Notes under the pieces: generated by a model
What the model was told of the DNA's origin: nothing
The model's database searches: none
The model's input: the letters and a program-made list of their open reading frames with translations, nothing else
Translations under genes and position numbers: made by a program
Shown: positions 50,072 to 64,000 of the stretch, in pieces
How positions within the stretch are numbered: position 1 is the first letter of the stretch
Layout of the letters: every line of letters begins with the position of its first letter
Assembly (NCBI RefSeq): GCF_048593235.1
Contig: NC_133621.1
Location: forward strand, 49,405,148-49,469,147
From: Sminthopsis crassicaudata
Taxonomy: Eukaryota
DNA: 64,000 nt
Direction of reading: 5' to 3'

Positions 50072-50489
50072 ATATATCATTCAGTAAAGATTATTTTGAA
50101 ACTAATTATTCTTGCCTTTAAAAAAAAATGGAAGTTGTATTTGGTAGTAAATAGATTATATATATAATCAACAAGATTACATTGAAGCAGATTTTCTAAC
50201 ACTTAACTTATTCTTTTTTCAATGACCTAATATATCAAATCATTTAGGTAGATATACTGGGTAGCGCAATGGTTAGACCAAGATCTTGAATCTACAAGAC
50301 CTGAGTCTAAATACAGCCACTTATTTAATGTATAATACTGGATCATCACTTATCCTCCCTGGAATTGGTTTCCGCATATGTAAGTTGGGGATAATAACAG
50401 CTTCTACCTTCCAGATTGTTGTGGAGATAAAATGAAATAATATTTGTTAAGTATTTTGTAAACCTTGAAGGGCTAACAAATGGCAGCTA

Positions 50490-50666
50490 ATATTATGATG
50501 GATAGATGAATAGATAGATGATAGGTAGACAGACAGGATGAATGAATAAATAGATAAGTAGACAGGATGAATAAATGAATAGATAGATAGAAGGATGGAT
50601 AAGATAGATGGTAGGTAGGTACGTAGGTGGGTAGACAAGATGAATGGATGAATAGACATAATAGAT

Positions 50667-50716
<50 letters not shown>

Positions 50717-50720
50717 GATA
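50490..50720. repeat. (GATA)n/(GGAT)n tetranucleotide microsatellite
   Basis: Direct inspection. Confidence 0.95.
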
Positions 50721-53700
50721 GCATGTATTGTCTTACTATATGCCAAGCACTGTAAATACAATTGAAACTGTAATCTGGGAATATGACACATAAAAGGGAG
50801 CTGAAAAGGAGAATGAATTTACCTAAAATATTCAATACTTGACTGAAGCCTGAATACACTAGTCATAGAATTAAAGCCTTTTTGAGAACTGCTAGGAACA
50901 TTTAGGGTAACTATGTCCAATCCTTTTATTTTGCAGATAAAGAAAATGAGGCTTACACAAAAAAGATAATTAGATTGCCTTTGGTCAGAGAGCTAGTGAA
51001 TCACAAGATTAGAGATTTAGGCATCAAAGAGCCTTCAGAGGTCATCTAGTTGAACTTCAGCTAGGAGGCCCACTTGACCTCATCTTCCTGAGTTCAAATT
51101 CTGAAACTCATTAGCTGTGTGACTCTGGACAAGTTACTTAACTCCATCTGCCTCAGTTTCCTCATCTGAAAAAATGAGTCAGAAGAAAATAGCAAGCCAC
51201 TCCAATATCTCTGCCAAGAAAACCCCAAATGGGATCATGAAGAGTAGGATACAACTGAACCTCTTGTTGACAAGTGCAATGTTCTGCTTCCTCACTGGCT
51301 GAATTGCAATATTATCTCCTTCAAGAAGTCCACCTCAGATTTGGCTAGCCTCAAGACCTTCCTCATCATGATATTTCATTTATTTTACATCTACTTAATG
51401 CCAACCATTCTTCATTATCAGAAAAACACCTTGGAAAATGGCTAAATATGTCAAATAAGTTTGACTTATCTCCTCAATAAGAATATACTTCTTGAGACAA
51501 GAACGGTGTCTTCTATTTTTTTTTACCCTCTCCTTGAACTTCTCCCCAGCACCCCCTCCATCTTCACTCCCCCTTGGCCTTCTACTGTTGCTGAAAATAT
51601 ATAGGGTGCTAAGTAAATTCATGTTGAATGGATGGATGGATAGATGATAATAACTACTATTTATACTAAAATTCCAATATATACCAACATTCTAAAACTA
51701 ATTTTAAATAGAAAAAGACCAAATTTGGAGTCAGATGATGACTGGCATCCAAATCCCAGCTAAGTTTACTACTTATGTGGGAGATAACAATAATAATAAT
51801 AACTAATGTTTTACAGCATTTTATATGGATTATTTCATTTGATCTTATCTGCAACCTTTTAGAGCATGTCTTTCCCACAGTCACACACCTACTCAGTGTC
51901 AGAAGAATAGTTCAAAACCACATTTTACAGAGTCCAGTTCTCTTCACGGCACTACATTACCTAACAAGACTCAGATTCCTTCTGTGTAAAATAAAAGTGT
52001 TAGAGGAGATGATCTCCAATTTCCAGCTCTGCATCCTACTCTCTCTCCTTTGAGTTGGTTTTACTTCTGTGATTCCTACTTCATACTTGAAAGAATATAT
52101 TTTTGGTAGAATTTGGTTTCTTTGAATTCTATGTACTCTACCCTATGAAAAAGTTTGAAGTTGGCTTGCTTTTTAGTAGCAATACACTTTTAATGTTTCT
52201 CCATTACAATGAAAGTGAGAAATTGCCCTTTCAACACTCCTCCACTGACAACTTTTCTTTGAGGGTTCCATATATTTCATCTTCCTAACATCCCTAGAGT
52301 CAGTGTAAGCAAAGAGTCAGGAGAGAAGGCATAAAAGCTATCAGACAGGAAAATTGGGCCAGAAAGGTTATTTACTTGGCATTAACATCTTGTTACAACC
52401 TAAAAACTAGACGAGATGATTTTTTTTAGGGGTGGTTTGTTTGCTTATCAATGGCATCTATAAAATTGGTCTTTTTCCTTCAATCCTATTTCATGTATGT
52501 AGAGTACAAAGGCAATGATGGTCAAAGGAGAGAGCTCTCTGCCTGGTCCATGGAGGTCTTATTGTCCTCAATAGAGTTCTATCAAAATGCTTATTTGGCT
52601 TAAAATGGACACTCAAATTCTCTGCCTTCCTGGTCTTACAGCCTCAGCTGGATAACATTAAAAAGATATTCAGTAAACCATGTGAGCTCTGAGACCTTGC
52701 CAATAATGGGCACTGGGTCACAAAGTCCATTTGAGTTATTCTCACACTTAATGGTTTGAGTTGGTTTCTCTTTGCAGACTCTCAAAGAGTTTTAGTTTTA
52801 ATTTGCCCACCAAAAGCATTTATTAAGGCTTACTTTTGCTTTAATATTTTAAAAAGTAAATAAACATTTGTTTTTATTTAATTTCATTTCCTAAAGGCCT
52901 CATTAATTAAGTTATTATGCTCTTTTCTCCTGGTTATTTTGGTGCCTTAAATTAAGAGTCAGATATTTATGGATAAGCAAAAATGCTATTTGTTCTCTTG
53001 GGGCATTATTTTAATAATCTTTAAGATCTTTATCTGCTCCATTTATTTGAGGACTCATTATTAGCTTCCTGAAGCTTAATTCTTCCCTATCCTCTCTGAT
53101 TAGTGTCTAATTTGATATGGCATGTGTTTGCTTGCTTTTAAATTCCCAAATCTATAAATATGCAGCTTTTAAAAGCTGATGATATGATTGATCTCTGTGA
53201 AAGATTTCTCTCTCCATTTATGTATGCATATGTATGTTAATAGAACACAAGCTCTGAGTTCCCCCCTCTCTCATATGGATTACAAATCCCTAAAGGACAG
53301 GAACTTTTTTTGTACTTTTTCTTTTTAATCTCCATATCTTAACAGAGTGCCTAATACACAGTAAATACTTAATATTTGATGACTGATTGACAGACCACTT
53401 TTTCAGAGGTTCACCCAGATGAGAAATTATTTTGGCTAAAGTAATTCTTGAGATTATCTACTAAATTGTAGGTCAATTGTGACTTACGTTGGTGATTGGA
53501 ATAATTGTACTATTAAAATGACCGCTCTTTAAAGTATTCAATATTAAGTAATAATATTAATAATAATAACAGCTATTAATTTTGTAGTGCTATAAAGTTT
53601 ATGAAACACCGTATATGTGTTATTTCATTTGATCCTCACAAGCATCCTATGAGGTATGATCATCACTACCCGCTTTTTACAGATGAGACAACTAAGGTGA

Positions 53701-56133
53701 AAGAGATTAAGAGATTTGTCTAGGGTCATACAGCTAATGTCTAAGGCAAAATTTGATTCAGGTTTTTGTAATTCCAGCTCTGTGCTTAACTGTTAAATAT
53801 TATATACACATATAAGATAGATAGATAGATGAATGGATAGATAGAACTGAAAAAGAAAAAGAGAGACAGTTAATTAGACAGGTTAGATTAAGAATAGATA
53901 TTTAGATAATAAAGGATAAATAAATGTCAGATAAAGAAATGGTTGAGAAAGAGAGATAGAAAGATAGAGAAAGAGAGAAGGAGGAACACAGAGAGGGAGG
54001 GAGAAAGGGAGAAGGATGGAGGAAGAGAGAGAGAGTTAAAGGGGTTTTAATGAATCCTTGTTGCCATTGATGTGATATTCTCTCTGAGTTGTGTGGGGGG
54101 AGAGAAGGGGAAGATTGCAATCCATTCACCCACTCCATTCTGTGGAATTCAGATCCACATTCTCCCATAAATCCTCCTAAGGGACCCATCCCAAGTGCTA
54201 AGAATCATCACTGTCTAGACCTGGAAGCCCTCTCAATGTCTCAATAGAGAAACTACACTCCTTTCTCCCCAAACAGTGGCAAAGGGGACACTATACTACT
54301 TCTGTATGATTCTTCATCTGAAGTATCATCTAGCCTACTTAGATTTACACTATCTTGTAAGATTCATTGGCACAAGGCATCATAGAGTATCATTTATATT
54401 TTTTAAAAGATGGGTTTTTCTTTCAGAGAGAAGACTGTGGTCATTGAAAGCTTTATACAATCACCCAATCACTTTTCTCTTCCCTTTTCCATTCTATGTT
54501 CAGTTTACTATCTATCTGCAAAGATATGTCCAAAATATATGTACTGCTGGTCTAACTCTTATCCATCTAGCTTTTGATTATAATCTGGACAACAGACATT
54601 CTTCAACCACTTGTTTTTTTTGTTGTTTTGTTGTTGTCGTTGTTGTTTGCTCGTTTGTTTGGTTTTTTTCCTCAGTGAATAATTAAAACAAAAACTCCTG
54701 ATTAATAATTAATTTCTTTGGGAGATTGCAGTGTTGTGGGGCTTGATGCAATATCCATAAGTGGAAGTCTGGACCCAAGATCTCTCCATTTGAAGGGACT
54801 GTGCCTTCAATTGATTCTCTATGCCAGACACTTTCCATAACAAAGCATACATACATTTCCCCTATTTATGTCTATCATATTAACAGAAGATTGTCAAACC
54901 TATCTCTATCACTGTGCTAGTCAAGAAATGACATTAATGGATGTGTGAGTTGCATGCCTTTTTTCTGCCTCAATCTTCCTGTAGGAGCACATAAAGTATT
55001 CACCCACTGTGCTATCAGCAACCTTCACTTTTTCTTAATATTGAGATACTATCAGTGACTGGCCGGCCAGTTATCCCTTGCTCATGTCATGTGATCAGCC
55101 CACCTTCCCTTACAAATTACTCTTTATTCCTTTTTTCCTTATCTTAAACGTGTTGTTTGTAAAGTTCCCCAAATGTAACCTACTTTTCTTCATTCTCTGG
55201 TTGTTAATGTGTACTTGGTTCCAAATCATGGCATTTTCCACATCTCCCAGTCTTGCAAATGGGGATGTTTATGTGTGTGTATAGAAGCTAGTTCAAATCA
55301 TGTTTGTGGATGTGTATTTGCTTATATGTGTATATATTCATATTTTGTATATATGTATGAGTATATTTATATGTGTATGTTTTTATACATACACATATAA
55401 ATATACTCATACATATATACAAAATATGCATATATGAATAGGAACTAATTCAAACTATGTTTATGCATTTAAGTATACATTACTTACATATCATATTTAT
55501 ATATAATATGTATAATTCAAACCAGGGGTTTTTTAGCTTTAAATTGAATATTTTTAATTCAGAAATTCACTTCAATGAGAATCAGAAATTTTAGTTAATT
55601 CTCATTACTAAGCGTCAGGAAAACAATGGCAGTTGAGACTTTTATATTCAAGGCACAAAAGTCAGCAAAGTGAAACTGTGGTTAGAAGTTAATGACTACA
55701 ATTTTTCTCCCAATCTGCCCACACTGCAATGTTGATAAAACTCACACAATCTGACAGCCATTCTTATGACATCCACCACTAACTTTTGTGCAAAGTGATT
55801 GGAAATCAAGGAATTTCTTGTCAAGTCAAAACTAAGGGCAAGCACTTAGGAACCAAACCATCTTGAAGAAAAACAGGACAGAGAGGTGGACAAGGGTAGA
55901 AGGGAGGGGAAAATGACAGTCAGTTGTGAGTTTGCCTTTGGCTTCAGAGGCTCAGAAATTAACAACAGATGTTCAAGATAACATTCAGAGAAAACAGCAA
56001 ATAGCATTTCAATCTACAAGTTCCAAATATTGTTCAATAACAAACCACTCCAAATAAATATGTCCCCTGTCCACTCTGTGGCCCCAGAAATCCAAAAATG
56101 TATTGTCTTCATGGTGATAAAAATAATATTCCA

Positions 56134-56251
56134 AGCACCAGCTCTGAAGTCAGGAGGACCTGAATTCAAATCTGATCTCAGACACTTAACACTTCCTAGC
56201 TATCTGATCCTGGGCAAGTTTCTTAACCCCAATTGCCTCAGCAAAAATAAT
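56134..56251 (+). mobile_element. 5'-truncated CORE SINE with TSD aataatattcca
   Basis: SINE body plus duplicated flank (56122-56133 and 56252-56263). Confidence 0.88.
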
Positions 56252-59200
56252 AATAATATTCCATCTTAATAAAGCTATTTATATGTTTATCAAATGATTT
56301 CGTCGTTGTAATCCTGTGAAGTGATAAAAGTATTATCCCCATTTTATGTTTATAGAAAACTGAGGCTCAGAAACATGAATTGGTTAGCCCAAGGGTAGAT
56401 GTCAGAGTCTAGATCCTGACTCTACTCATTTCTCCTCCAGGATGCCCCCTCTCTGGTAGGTAAATCCAAGCATATCATCTATGGGAACATGGCTTTTTAT
56501 TTTACATCAAAACGGTCTTTTAAAAAGAATTATGAGAGAAATCAAAAACTCCCATATAATGAAAACATTTGACCAGTTTCCTTATCAACATCAAATAGAA
56601 GCTGTAGACTTCTGAATAAAATCTTCCCAGCTTAGAAGGGTCAATGGGGACTAAATCCTAATAGCATCCCAGAGATCATGCTATTCAACATTAATTCTAT
56701 TTATATCTCAATTTCCTGTAATATTTTAGCACCTATAAGTGGGCTTGTTCAAAACTTTGATGAAATAGGATGACTGGCCCATGAGAACCTAGTCCTCAGA
56801 ATATATACAACATTCTCTATTGGTTGCATATCCACGTGGAGATTTGGTCAGCCTGCTTCTAGCATTTAACATTTATAAAGCTCTTATTATATGTCATGTA
56901 TTGCATGATTGTCTCATTTAATCTTTAGAACAACTCTGAAAAGTAGATGCTATTAATATCTCCACATTACAGACAAGGAAACTGAGGCAAAAAGATTAAA
57001 TGATGTGCCCAGAATCACACAGCTAGTGTCTGAGTTGTATTTGAACTCCGAAATTAGACATAAAAAGGTCTCTATCTCATAATATACACATGCATTTCCT
57101 AACTATTTCCTAAAGGTTTACTATTTAGTGACAAAAAATCTTTTCATCAGCTACTGAATTAAAACAATGTGAATACAAAAGGTTCAGATAGAAGAAATCT
57201 CTCTTCATTGCTAGTGAGGAAAAAATCTATGATTGAGAAAGGTAGATGTGATGGAGGTTGCATTGGCCAATTGCCTCCACTACCTTATCTCCCACCCCAC
57301 TGCCATGTGGAAATGAATAAATGCCACAGTATCTTTGCTGTGCTCCATTCTTTCCTGATCTTAATTCAATGAGTATTGGAGACTATCTCAGCCAGGTTAC
57401 AGCTTGTGAGTTTTGAATTGTCAAAAAAACCATTAGAGGTCCCCTGAAAGTAACAATATTACAGTCTAAGGAGGAGCCACATATAAGGAATAAATATTAA
57501 ACCATCCCAGCAGCAGGTAAACCCAACAGTAGACATCAGTAGGCCCTACAGTCAACAAACCAACACATCCATCAGTTCTGCTGTGTCCAGAAGAGAATTT
57601 GGTGGGAAGTATATTCTGCCACAAATACCTCAGATTTACTGCCACTTCCCCAAAGAATGGAGGAAAAAATATGTCCCTGGTATGAAAGACTTCTGTACCT
57701 TCTCCATAAATACTCTTTTGCAAAAAGTAATTGATGTTCATTGGCAAATTATATTGGAAAATATTAACCGGTGGTTGTTATAAAGAGGAACATGCGAGGA
57801 TGGGGGCTTGAAAATGGAACTTCCATTCTTAATTTCATCTGTTCCTTACAACAGCCTTATGAGGTAGATGTGGTTCTTAATTACTGTTTTACAAATGAGG
57901 AAACAGGCTTTATGACTCATCAGGCTCATACTGGTAATAAATATGAGGTGGTATTTGAACTCTGGTTTTTCTGACTCCAAATTCAATAATCTATTTGCTA
58001 CTATATACTCTTCCTTTAATCAGGAGATAGTGTGGAGTCAGAAGGGAGGAAAGAAATAAAGTTGAAATTTATTAGATCCCATCTAAAAAGTCCTAGGGAC
58101 TTCCTCTTTTGCTTCAAATCAGGTCTTAAAAGGTTGAAATAACCCAAATCCCATGTGGTCTCATGGCTCCATTGCAGAGCTGTCTCAGATCCCAGTAAGA
58201 ACAAATGAGTGATATTCCCTTCAGTCCAAAAATCTTGATTTCCACTCAATGTGCACAAATATAAACAAGTGGCCTTTTGAGTTTTCCTATAGCCTTGTTT
58301 CTGGGCAAGATAGAAGGTCAAACAGGCAAAATGTGTTTTTCCCTCTGAGGAAGGGAAAGGGGAATTGTTTCAGTTTTAGCATATTGATTTTAGTATTACT
58401 GTTTATATTTATTTACTAAGAGACTAAGTAAATAGTATTAATTATTTTGGTTTAAGTGCTAACATATTAATCAGTAAAATCATTCATCCTCTATTATTCA
58501 GAACATACAGACTTTTTGTTTTCCCCGTCTTTCCATTTTGTTCAATGTTTTCAACCCTGACCACAGAAGGTTGACAAAATAAGAAAAAAAAATTTTTTTT
58601 AATTTAAAAGTAGCCCCTAAAACAGGAAAAAGCAGGATCATCCACCCAAGACCCTAAAGAGCTATGAGAGAGAAAAAACAGGCAATCACATCCTGTGATC
58701 AGCCTGAGACCTAGCCCCACTTCCCTTAATTCCCACTCATTTTGTTTCTTGTTAGCAATTGAAATGTTTGTGTTTAGTTTATGTTATTATTGATGTTTTA
58801 AAGTTGGATGGGCAAATAGATTACAAATACTGACTAATCTGTGGCTTGGGGCTTGTCTATGGGCTTTACATAGGACCTATATATCTTTTACCACAGGTGA
58901 TCAAGTGATTTGCTTTGTCCCTTGCCATTGAAACATCTGAGTCATTCACTCAGTAGCTCTCCTGAGTGTTGGATGTGCTACTCACACAGGGTCTGAGGTG
59001 GAATCAACAATGCTCTCCCAAGCCCTTCCAGGTCTAAATATGTTTGGACCACTAGGTGGAGCAAAAAAAAATGACAAAATCATAGATTCTAAATAAAAGT
59101 TCTGTCCAGCTTCAGTCCTATGAATCAAGCTGTAACCTGGAATTGAATAGCTTGAATTTCCCTTTGTGTCTGTATTTCCAGTGCCTTACATAGTATTGTG

Positions 59201-59668
59201 CATATAATAGATATTTAATGTTTCCTGGGTTGTATTAGGTGAGTATCTGTATGATCACATATACATACATATGTATACATATGTGTATATATGCCGATAT
59301 ATTATTTGTACATATTGCTATATACATGTATGTAACTATTTGTGTTAAAAGTGATTGTATAATTTATTGTATCAAAATATATAAATGCATCTGTGTACAT
59401 ATATAAATAGGTGTAATAATTATTAATATTATATATAGATAATGTGTATACACATGCATATATGTGTTGCACATTATATGAATGTACATAGATATATAGT
59501 ATATGCATTGCATAAATGCATATTTGTATTTACATATATATGTGTATGTGTATAGAAATATATTTATTTACTTATATATATGTGTGTGTGTGTGTGTGTG
59601 TAATTTCCCAAATTTCTTAGAGCTATTTTAAGCTATTAAAACCTAAGTCTTTTTGCACTGAGATTGAG

Positions 59669-59827
59669 NNNNNNNNNNNNNNNNNNNNNNNNNNNNNNNN
59701 NNNNNNNNNNNNNNNNNNNNNNNNNNNNNNNNNNNNNNNNNNNNNNNNNNNNNNNNNNNNNNNNNNNNNNNNNNNNNNNNNNNNNNNNNNNNNNNNNNNN
59801 NNNNNNNNNNNNNNNNNNNNNNNNNNN
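59669..59827. other. Assembly gap (N run)
   Basis: 159 N. Confidence 1.
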
Positions 59828-60309
59828 AATGCCCTAAGGTTTATAAAGCACTTTAAATATCTAATCTCATCTGCTCCTCATGGAAACACTGAGAGCTTGA
59901 GGCTTTTATGGTTGAGAGATAGTACACAGCTTTCCCATAGTTTCATAAGCCAGTAAGATATAAAGGAAATTTGAACCCAAGTCTTCTTGATTCCTCTTCT
60001 GACCCTTTTTTCATAATAGTATCTTTCTTCCTCTGTGGAAAAAAAAAATTCTCTACTTCCATTTTCTGATAAATCACAATCACATTTAAATTTAAAATAT
60101 ACTTTTTTTGCATAGTAACTTTGAGAGGTAGGTTGAGCAAAAATCATCATGGTTATTCAAAGATGAAAATAACTGTTCTCAGGAAGGGTAGCTGGTATAT
60201 TTATCTATCTTTATTGATATGGATGTATATATGTATATGTACATGCATGTGTATATAAATGTATTTTTGTGTGTAGTCAATCTCACTTGGTTCCTAGAAT
60301 AATTCTGGT

Positions 60310-60443
60310 TTTTTTGTTTTGTTTATTTTTCTCCTGAGGCAATTGGGGTTAAGTGACTTGTCCAGGGTCATATAGCTAGGACATGTTAAGTGTCTGAGGC
60401 CACATTTGAACTCAGGTCCTCCTGAGTTCAGGATGGGTGCTCT
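60310..60443 (-). mobile_element. 5'-truncated CORE SINE
   Basis: Same family body in reverse orientation. Confidence 0.85.
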
Positions 60444-61307
60444 GCAGAATAGAAAACTCTCATAACAATGAAGTACAGTCTAGCTATGTCTAAAAATATA
60501 TGCTCTACTGTAATCAACAAAACAATCTAATATTGGTTGAGAAGTAGAATGGTGAATCAGTGGAATAGATTAAATACAGGATACACAGGCGTAAATGGTC
60601 ATAGAAAGTAGTGTTTGATACCAACACAATCTAAGCTTTAAGAACAGGAAGTTACTGATAAAAAAAATATTTAGAGCTTGATAGAAACTAGTCATAGATA
60701 AACATCTCACAAAGTAAACTAAGATAAGGTAAAAAAAAAAAAATGGACAAATGATTTAAACATAAAAGGTTGAAAAAAAAAAAAGTACTTGGAATCCTAA
60801 AGTTATCTTTTTATGTCCTTGAGCTGAGCTCAGGAATTTTGATTTCCCTCTGAGTTAAGTTTAAAATCATAATTAAAAGAAAATCTGTCATCTCTCATAT
60901 TGGTAGCCCCTGGGGATATTTTTAGGACATCTATTTGTTACCTATAACTCCACAAGTTAACTTAGAAACATCCCCAAAAGATATATCATCTGTCCTTTTC
61001 TGCCCTTGTGCAATTAGGGAAGTTCTTATCTCTTCTTAGGAGGCAGCAAGTCTGGTTGCTTTAATCCCCTAACAAAAATTATAAGATACCAATGGGTCAC
61101 ATAAAACAATTAACATTCCTTAATTGTCAAGAGAGGGGAGGTGATTAGCCTTACCCTTTCCTAAATTAGTATATCTAATCATAATGTTCCATGCCTACCA
61201 AGACCTCTTCTTTGTTCTTTGTCAATAAGGATGGTCCCCTCCTTCCCCTTAAGTTGCTAATCTGACTCGCTTTGTTAATAGCTAATATGCCACTGTTACT
61301 AAATCAA

Positions 61308-61463
61308 GGGGCAGCTAGGTGGCACAGTGGATAGAGCACCAGCCCTGAAGTCAGGAGGACCCGAGTTCGAATTTGATCTCAGACACTTAACACTTCCTAG
61401 CTGTGTGACCCTGGACAAGTCACTTGACCCTAATTGCCTCAGCAAAAAAAAAAAAAAAAAAAA
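61308..61463 (+). mobile_element. Young full-length CORE SINE with long poly(A) and TSD aaatcaa
   Basis: Intact A/B boxes (gagttcgaat), pure A tail, duplicated flank 61301-61307 and 61464-61470. Confidence 0.95.
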
Positions 61464-61529
61464 AAATCAATGCAGCAAGAATTAGAAAGCCAGCAGAGAA
61501 TTATGTATGCATATGGGGGGGAGGTGTTT

Positions 61530-63000
61530 TATAACAAGTTTCTCTCAAAAATATCTCATTTCTCAAATATATAGGAAACTGAGTCAAATTTATAAAAACA
61601 AGAACCATTCTCCAAGAGATAAATAGTCAAAGGATATGAACAAGTAGATTTCAGAAGATGAAATCAAAGTTCTCTATAGTCATATGAAAAAATACTCTAA
61701 AGAGAACTATGAGAAATGAGTGTGAACCACAACATAGCATTTCCACTCTTTCTGTTATTGTCTGCTTGCATTTTTGTTTTCCTTCTCAAGTTTTTTCTTT
61801 CTTTCTAGATCCGATTTTTCTTGTGTAGCAAGATAACTGCATAACTATGTATGCATATATTGGATTTAACATATACTTTAACATGTTTAACATGTATTGG
61901 AGTACCTGCCATTTAGGGGAGGGGGTGGGGGGAAAGAGGAAAAGTTGGAACACAAGGTTTTGCAAGGGTCAATGTTGAAAAATTACTCATGCATATGTTT
62001 TGTAAATAAAAAGAAATAATAATATAAAAAAAGGAATGATCACTGAAACATCTAATTAGTTTTCCCTACACAGTCAGATTTATGCTAGAGACTCTAATTG
62101 CACCTAACATTTTAATGAAGGTTTCAACATTGCATACATAAGACTGACAAATTACAAAAAAAAAGAAAAAGAAAAAAGAAAAAAATACTCTAAAATTATT
62201 ATTGATTAGAGAAATGTAAATTAAAACAACTCTGAGATGCCACCTCACACCTCTCAAGATTGGCTAATATGTCAGAAAAGCAAAATGACATATGCTAGAT
62301 GGGATGTGCTGTTGGTGGAGTCATGAACTGATTCAAACATTCTGGAAAACAATTTGGAAATACGGCCAAAGGATAATAAAACTGTATATTGTTTGATACA
62401 ATAACAGCACTACTGCATTTGTATCCCAAGAGATTAAAGGAAAACAAAAAGGACCTATAGACACAAAAATATCTCTAGCAGCTCTTTTTGAAGTGAGAAT
62501 TAGAAATTAAGGGGAAACCCATCAATTGAACAATTGTGGTACCTGATTGTAATGGAATACTACTGTGTTAAATGACAAGCAAGATGGCTTCAGAAAATCC
62601 TGGGAAGATTCATAGGAATCGACTCAGAGTGAATTGAACAGAACCAATAGAACATTGTGCACAGTAACAGAAATATGGTAACGATGCTCAACTATGAAAT
62701 AATTAGGCATTGGAATCAAGATAACGATCCAGTGCAATTCCAAAGAATCTATGATATAAAAAAAATGCTTTCTATTCCCAGAGACACAACTGATGAACTG
62801 AGTACTGATACATGCTTTTTTAAACTACTTCTTTTTTTTAACATGCCTAATAAGAAAAAATGTTTTTTTCTGCGATTTCATGTTATCCTGCAATTGAGGG
62901 CATATTGCTTGCCTTCTTAGTGGGTGAGATAGAGGCTGAAAGAAGATTTGGAAGCAAAAAAAAATTAAGTGTTAAAAATAAATAATACTTTTTAAAAAGG
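61530..63000 (+). mobile_element. Old L1 3' portion interrupted by a younger insertion
   Basis: L1 ORF2-end sequence stops at ...aaaaaatactctaaa (61701) and resumes after the repeat of that motif (62194) with ttattgattagagaaatgtaaattaaaacaactctgag. Confidence 0.85.
61702..62179 (+). mobile_element. Short L1 3'UTR insertion carrying ~130 bp extra sequence and a second A-tail
   Basis: 15-bp TSD aaaaaatactctaaa (61687-61701 and 62180-62194). Confidence 0.85.
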
Positions 63001-63146
63001 TGTTATGTTTTATTTTGCACCATTTCTCTACCAAGAAGGATCCTTAGCATCAGACCTTTGAAGGAAATCAGACTACATCTATTATACAGGTAAAAGTTCT
63101 GAAGTATTTCGATGATGTTTTCCTATACATTGTAGGGCAATTATTT

Positions 63147-63180
<34 letters not shown>

Positions 63181-63700
63181 CAATCTAAATCAGTTCATAT
63201 TAGTTATGCCAAGTTTCTTCATATACTTAGTATTTGTCATTTCTTATAGGTTCAGTAATATTCTATTACATTCATATATCATAATTCCCTTCTGTTTTTG
63301 ACACCCTTAGTAAATATACATAGCACTGATCTCACTGGATCAAAATAATATATACATTTGGTGACTTTTAGGATAATTACAAATTAGGATAAATACAAAT
63401 TTACAAAATATTTGAACAAGTTCATGGATCTACCAACAACATATCAATCTTGTTTTCCCACAGTTCCTGTATCATTTTCCATTTTCATTTTTGTCATCTT
63501 TTCCAATTTGACTGGTATGAGGTAAAAAGTATGTTGTTTTAATTTGCAGTTCTTCACTTAAAAGGATTCTTTTATTGATGGTTTGTTTTTCTTCTTTTGA
63601 AAGCTATCTGTTCTTATCTTTTGATCACTTATCTATTGAGGAATGGATCTTGATCAGTTTACCAAACTATATAGATGAGTAGGGATGGATAAAGAAACAG

Positions 63701-64000
63701 TGTAAAGGGCTAGAACTGAGCAGATGCACTTAACCGAGATAACCTAGTACTTAAGGCTAATTAACAATTGGACAGTTCTCTATTAATATGCTTAGAGGAT
63801 GACCCTACTCAACTCTGTGCTGGCTCAATCTGTAGGTATGGACAAAGAAGGGGAAGAGAGAGATCACAGGGTAGAGTAAGACAGGCAGGGTCATTCTTGG
63901 GCAGTGGAGAGAGGGGAAGGAGGTATATAGATTCCTAGAACCAATCCCCTGATGGCCACCCCAAAAGGCCAAGAATAAAGACTTTTGCTTATCCTGACTC
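63701..64000 (+). mobile_element. LTR, truncated by the window end
   Basis: Starts tgtaaagggc and shares gaataaaga.ttttgcttatcctgactc with the 49730 LTR. Confidence 0.8.

Noticed and set aside
50447-50859. 114-aa and 128-aa ORFs
   Set aside because: They are (GATA)n microsatellite translations.
54276-54686. 136-aa ORF
   Set aside because: Its composition is typical of random AT-rich DNA and it ends in a T-rich simple repeat; no motif.
57440-57790. Non-repetitive stretch with overlapping 66-93-aa ORFs as a possible exon
   Set aside because: I recognise no protein family in any frame and see no convincing splice-site pair; a blastx/conservation search would be needed to revive it.

Overview
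Eukaryotic, repeat-dominated window with three N gaps. It is almost certainly marsupial, probably Australian/dasyurid-like, judged from the CORE-SINE and L1 types. I cannot identify any intact protein-coding gene. (1) 1-~10,420 is a tandem array of ~149-bp monomers that runs off the window start. It has three monomer types, a near-perfect 2,368-bp 16-mer higher-order repeat at the young end, and a divergence gradient ending in 150-bp monomers that read as a 50-aa repeat in frame with unique coding-like sequence (to ~11,020). (2) ~11,030-19,543 is a nested retroviral block on the minus strand. An old gamma-like ERV (decayed RT/IN, internal solo LTR) has its 5' LTR interrupted by a 3.3-kb betaretrovirus-like, gag-only provirus (6-bp TSD, tRNA-Lys PBS, PPT). 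(3) 20.7-21.9 kb is a CpG-enriched, promoter/exon-like island. (4) The remainder is intergenic/intronic-type DNA: a ~280-bp-arm inverted repeat, several L1s (one a probable 3' transduction), solo LTRs, SINEs, L2/MIR relics and microsatellites. The best candidate for something new is the satellite, which appears to have been born from a protein-coding-like tandem repeat.
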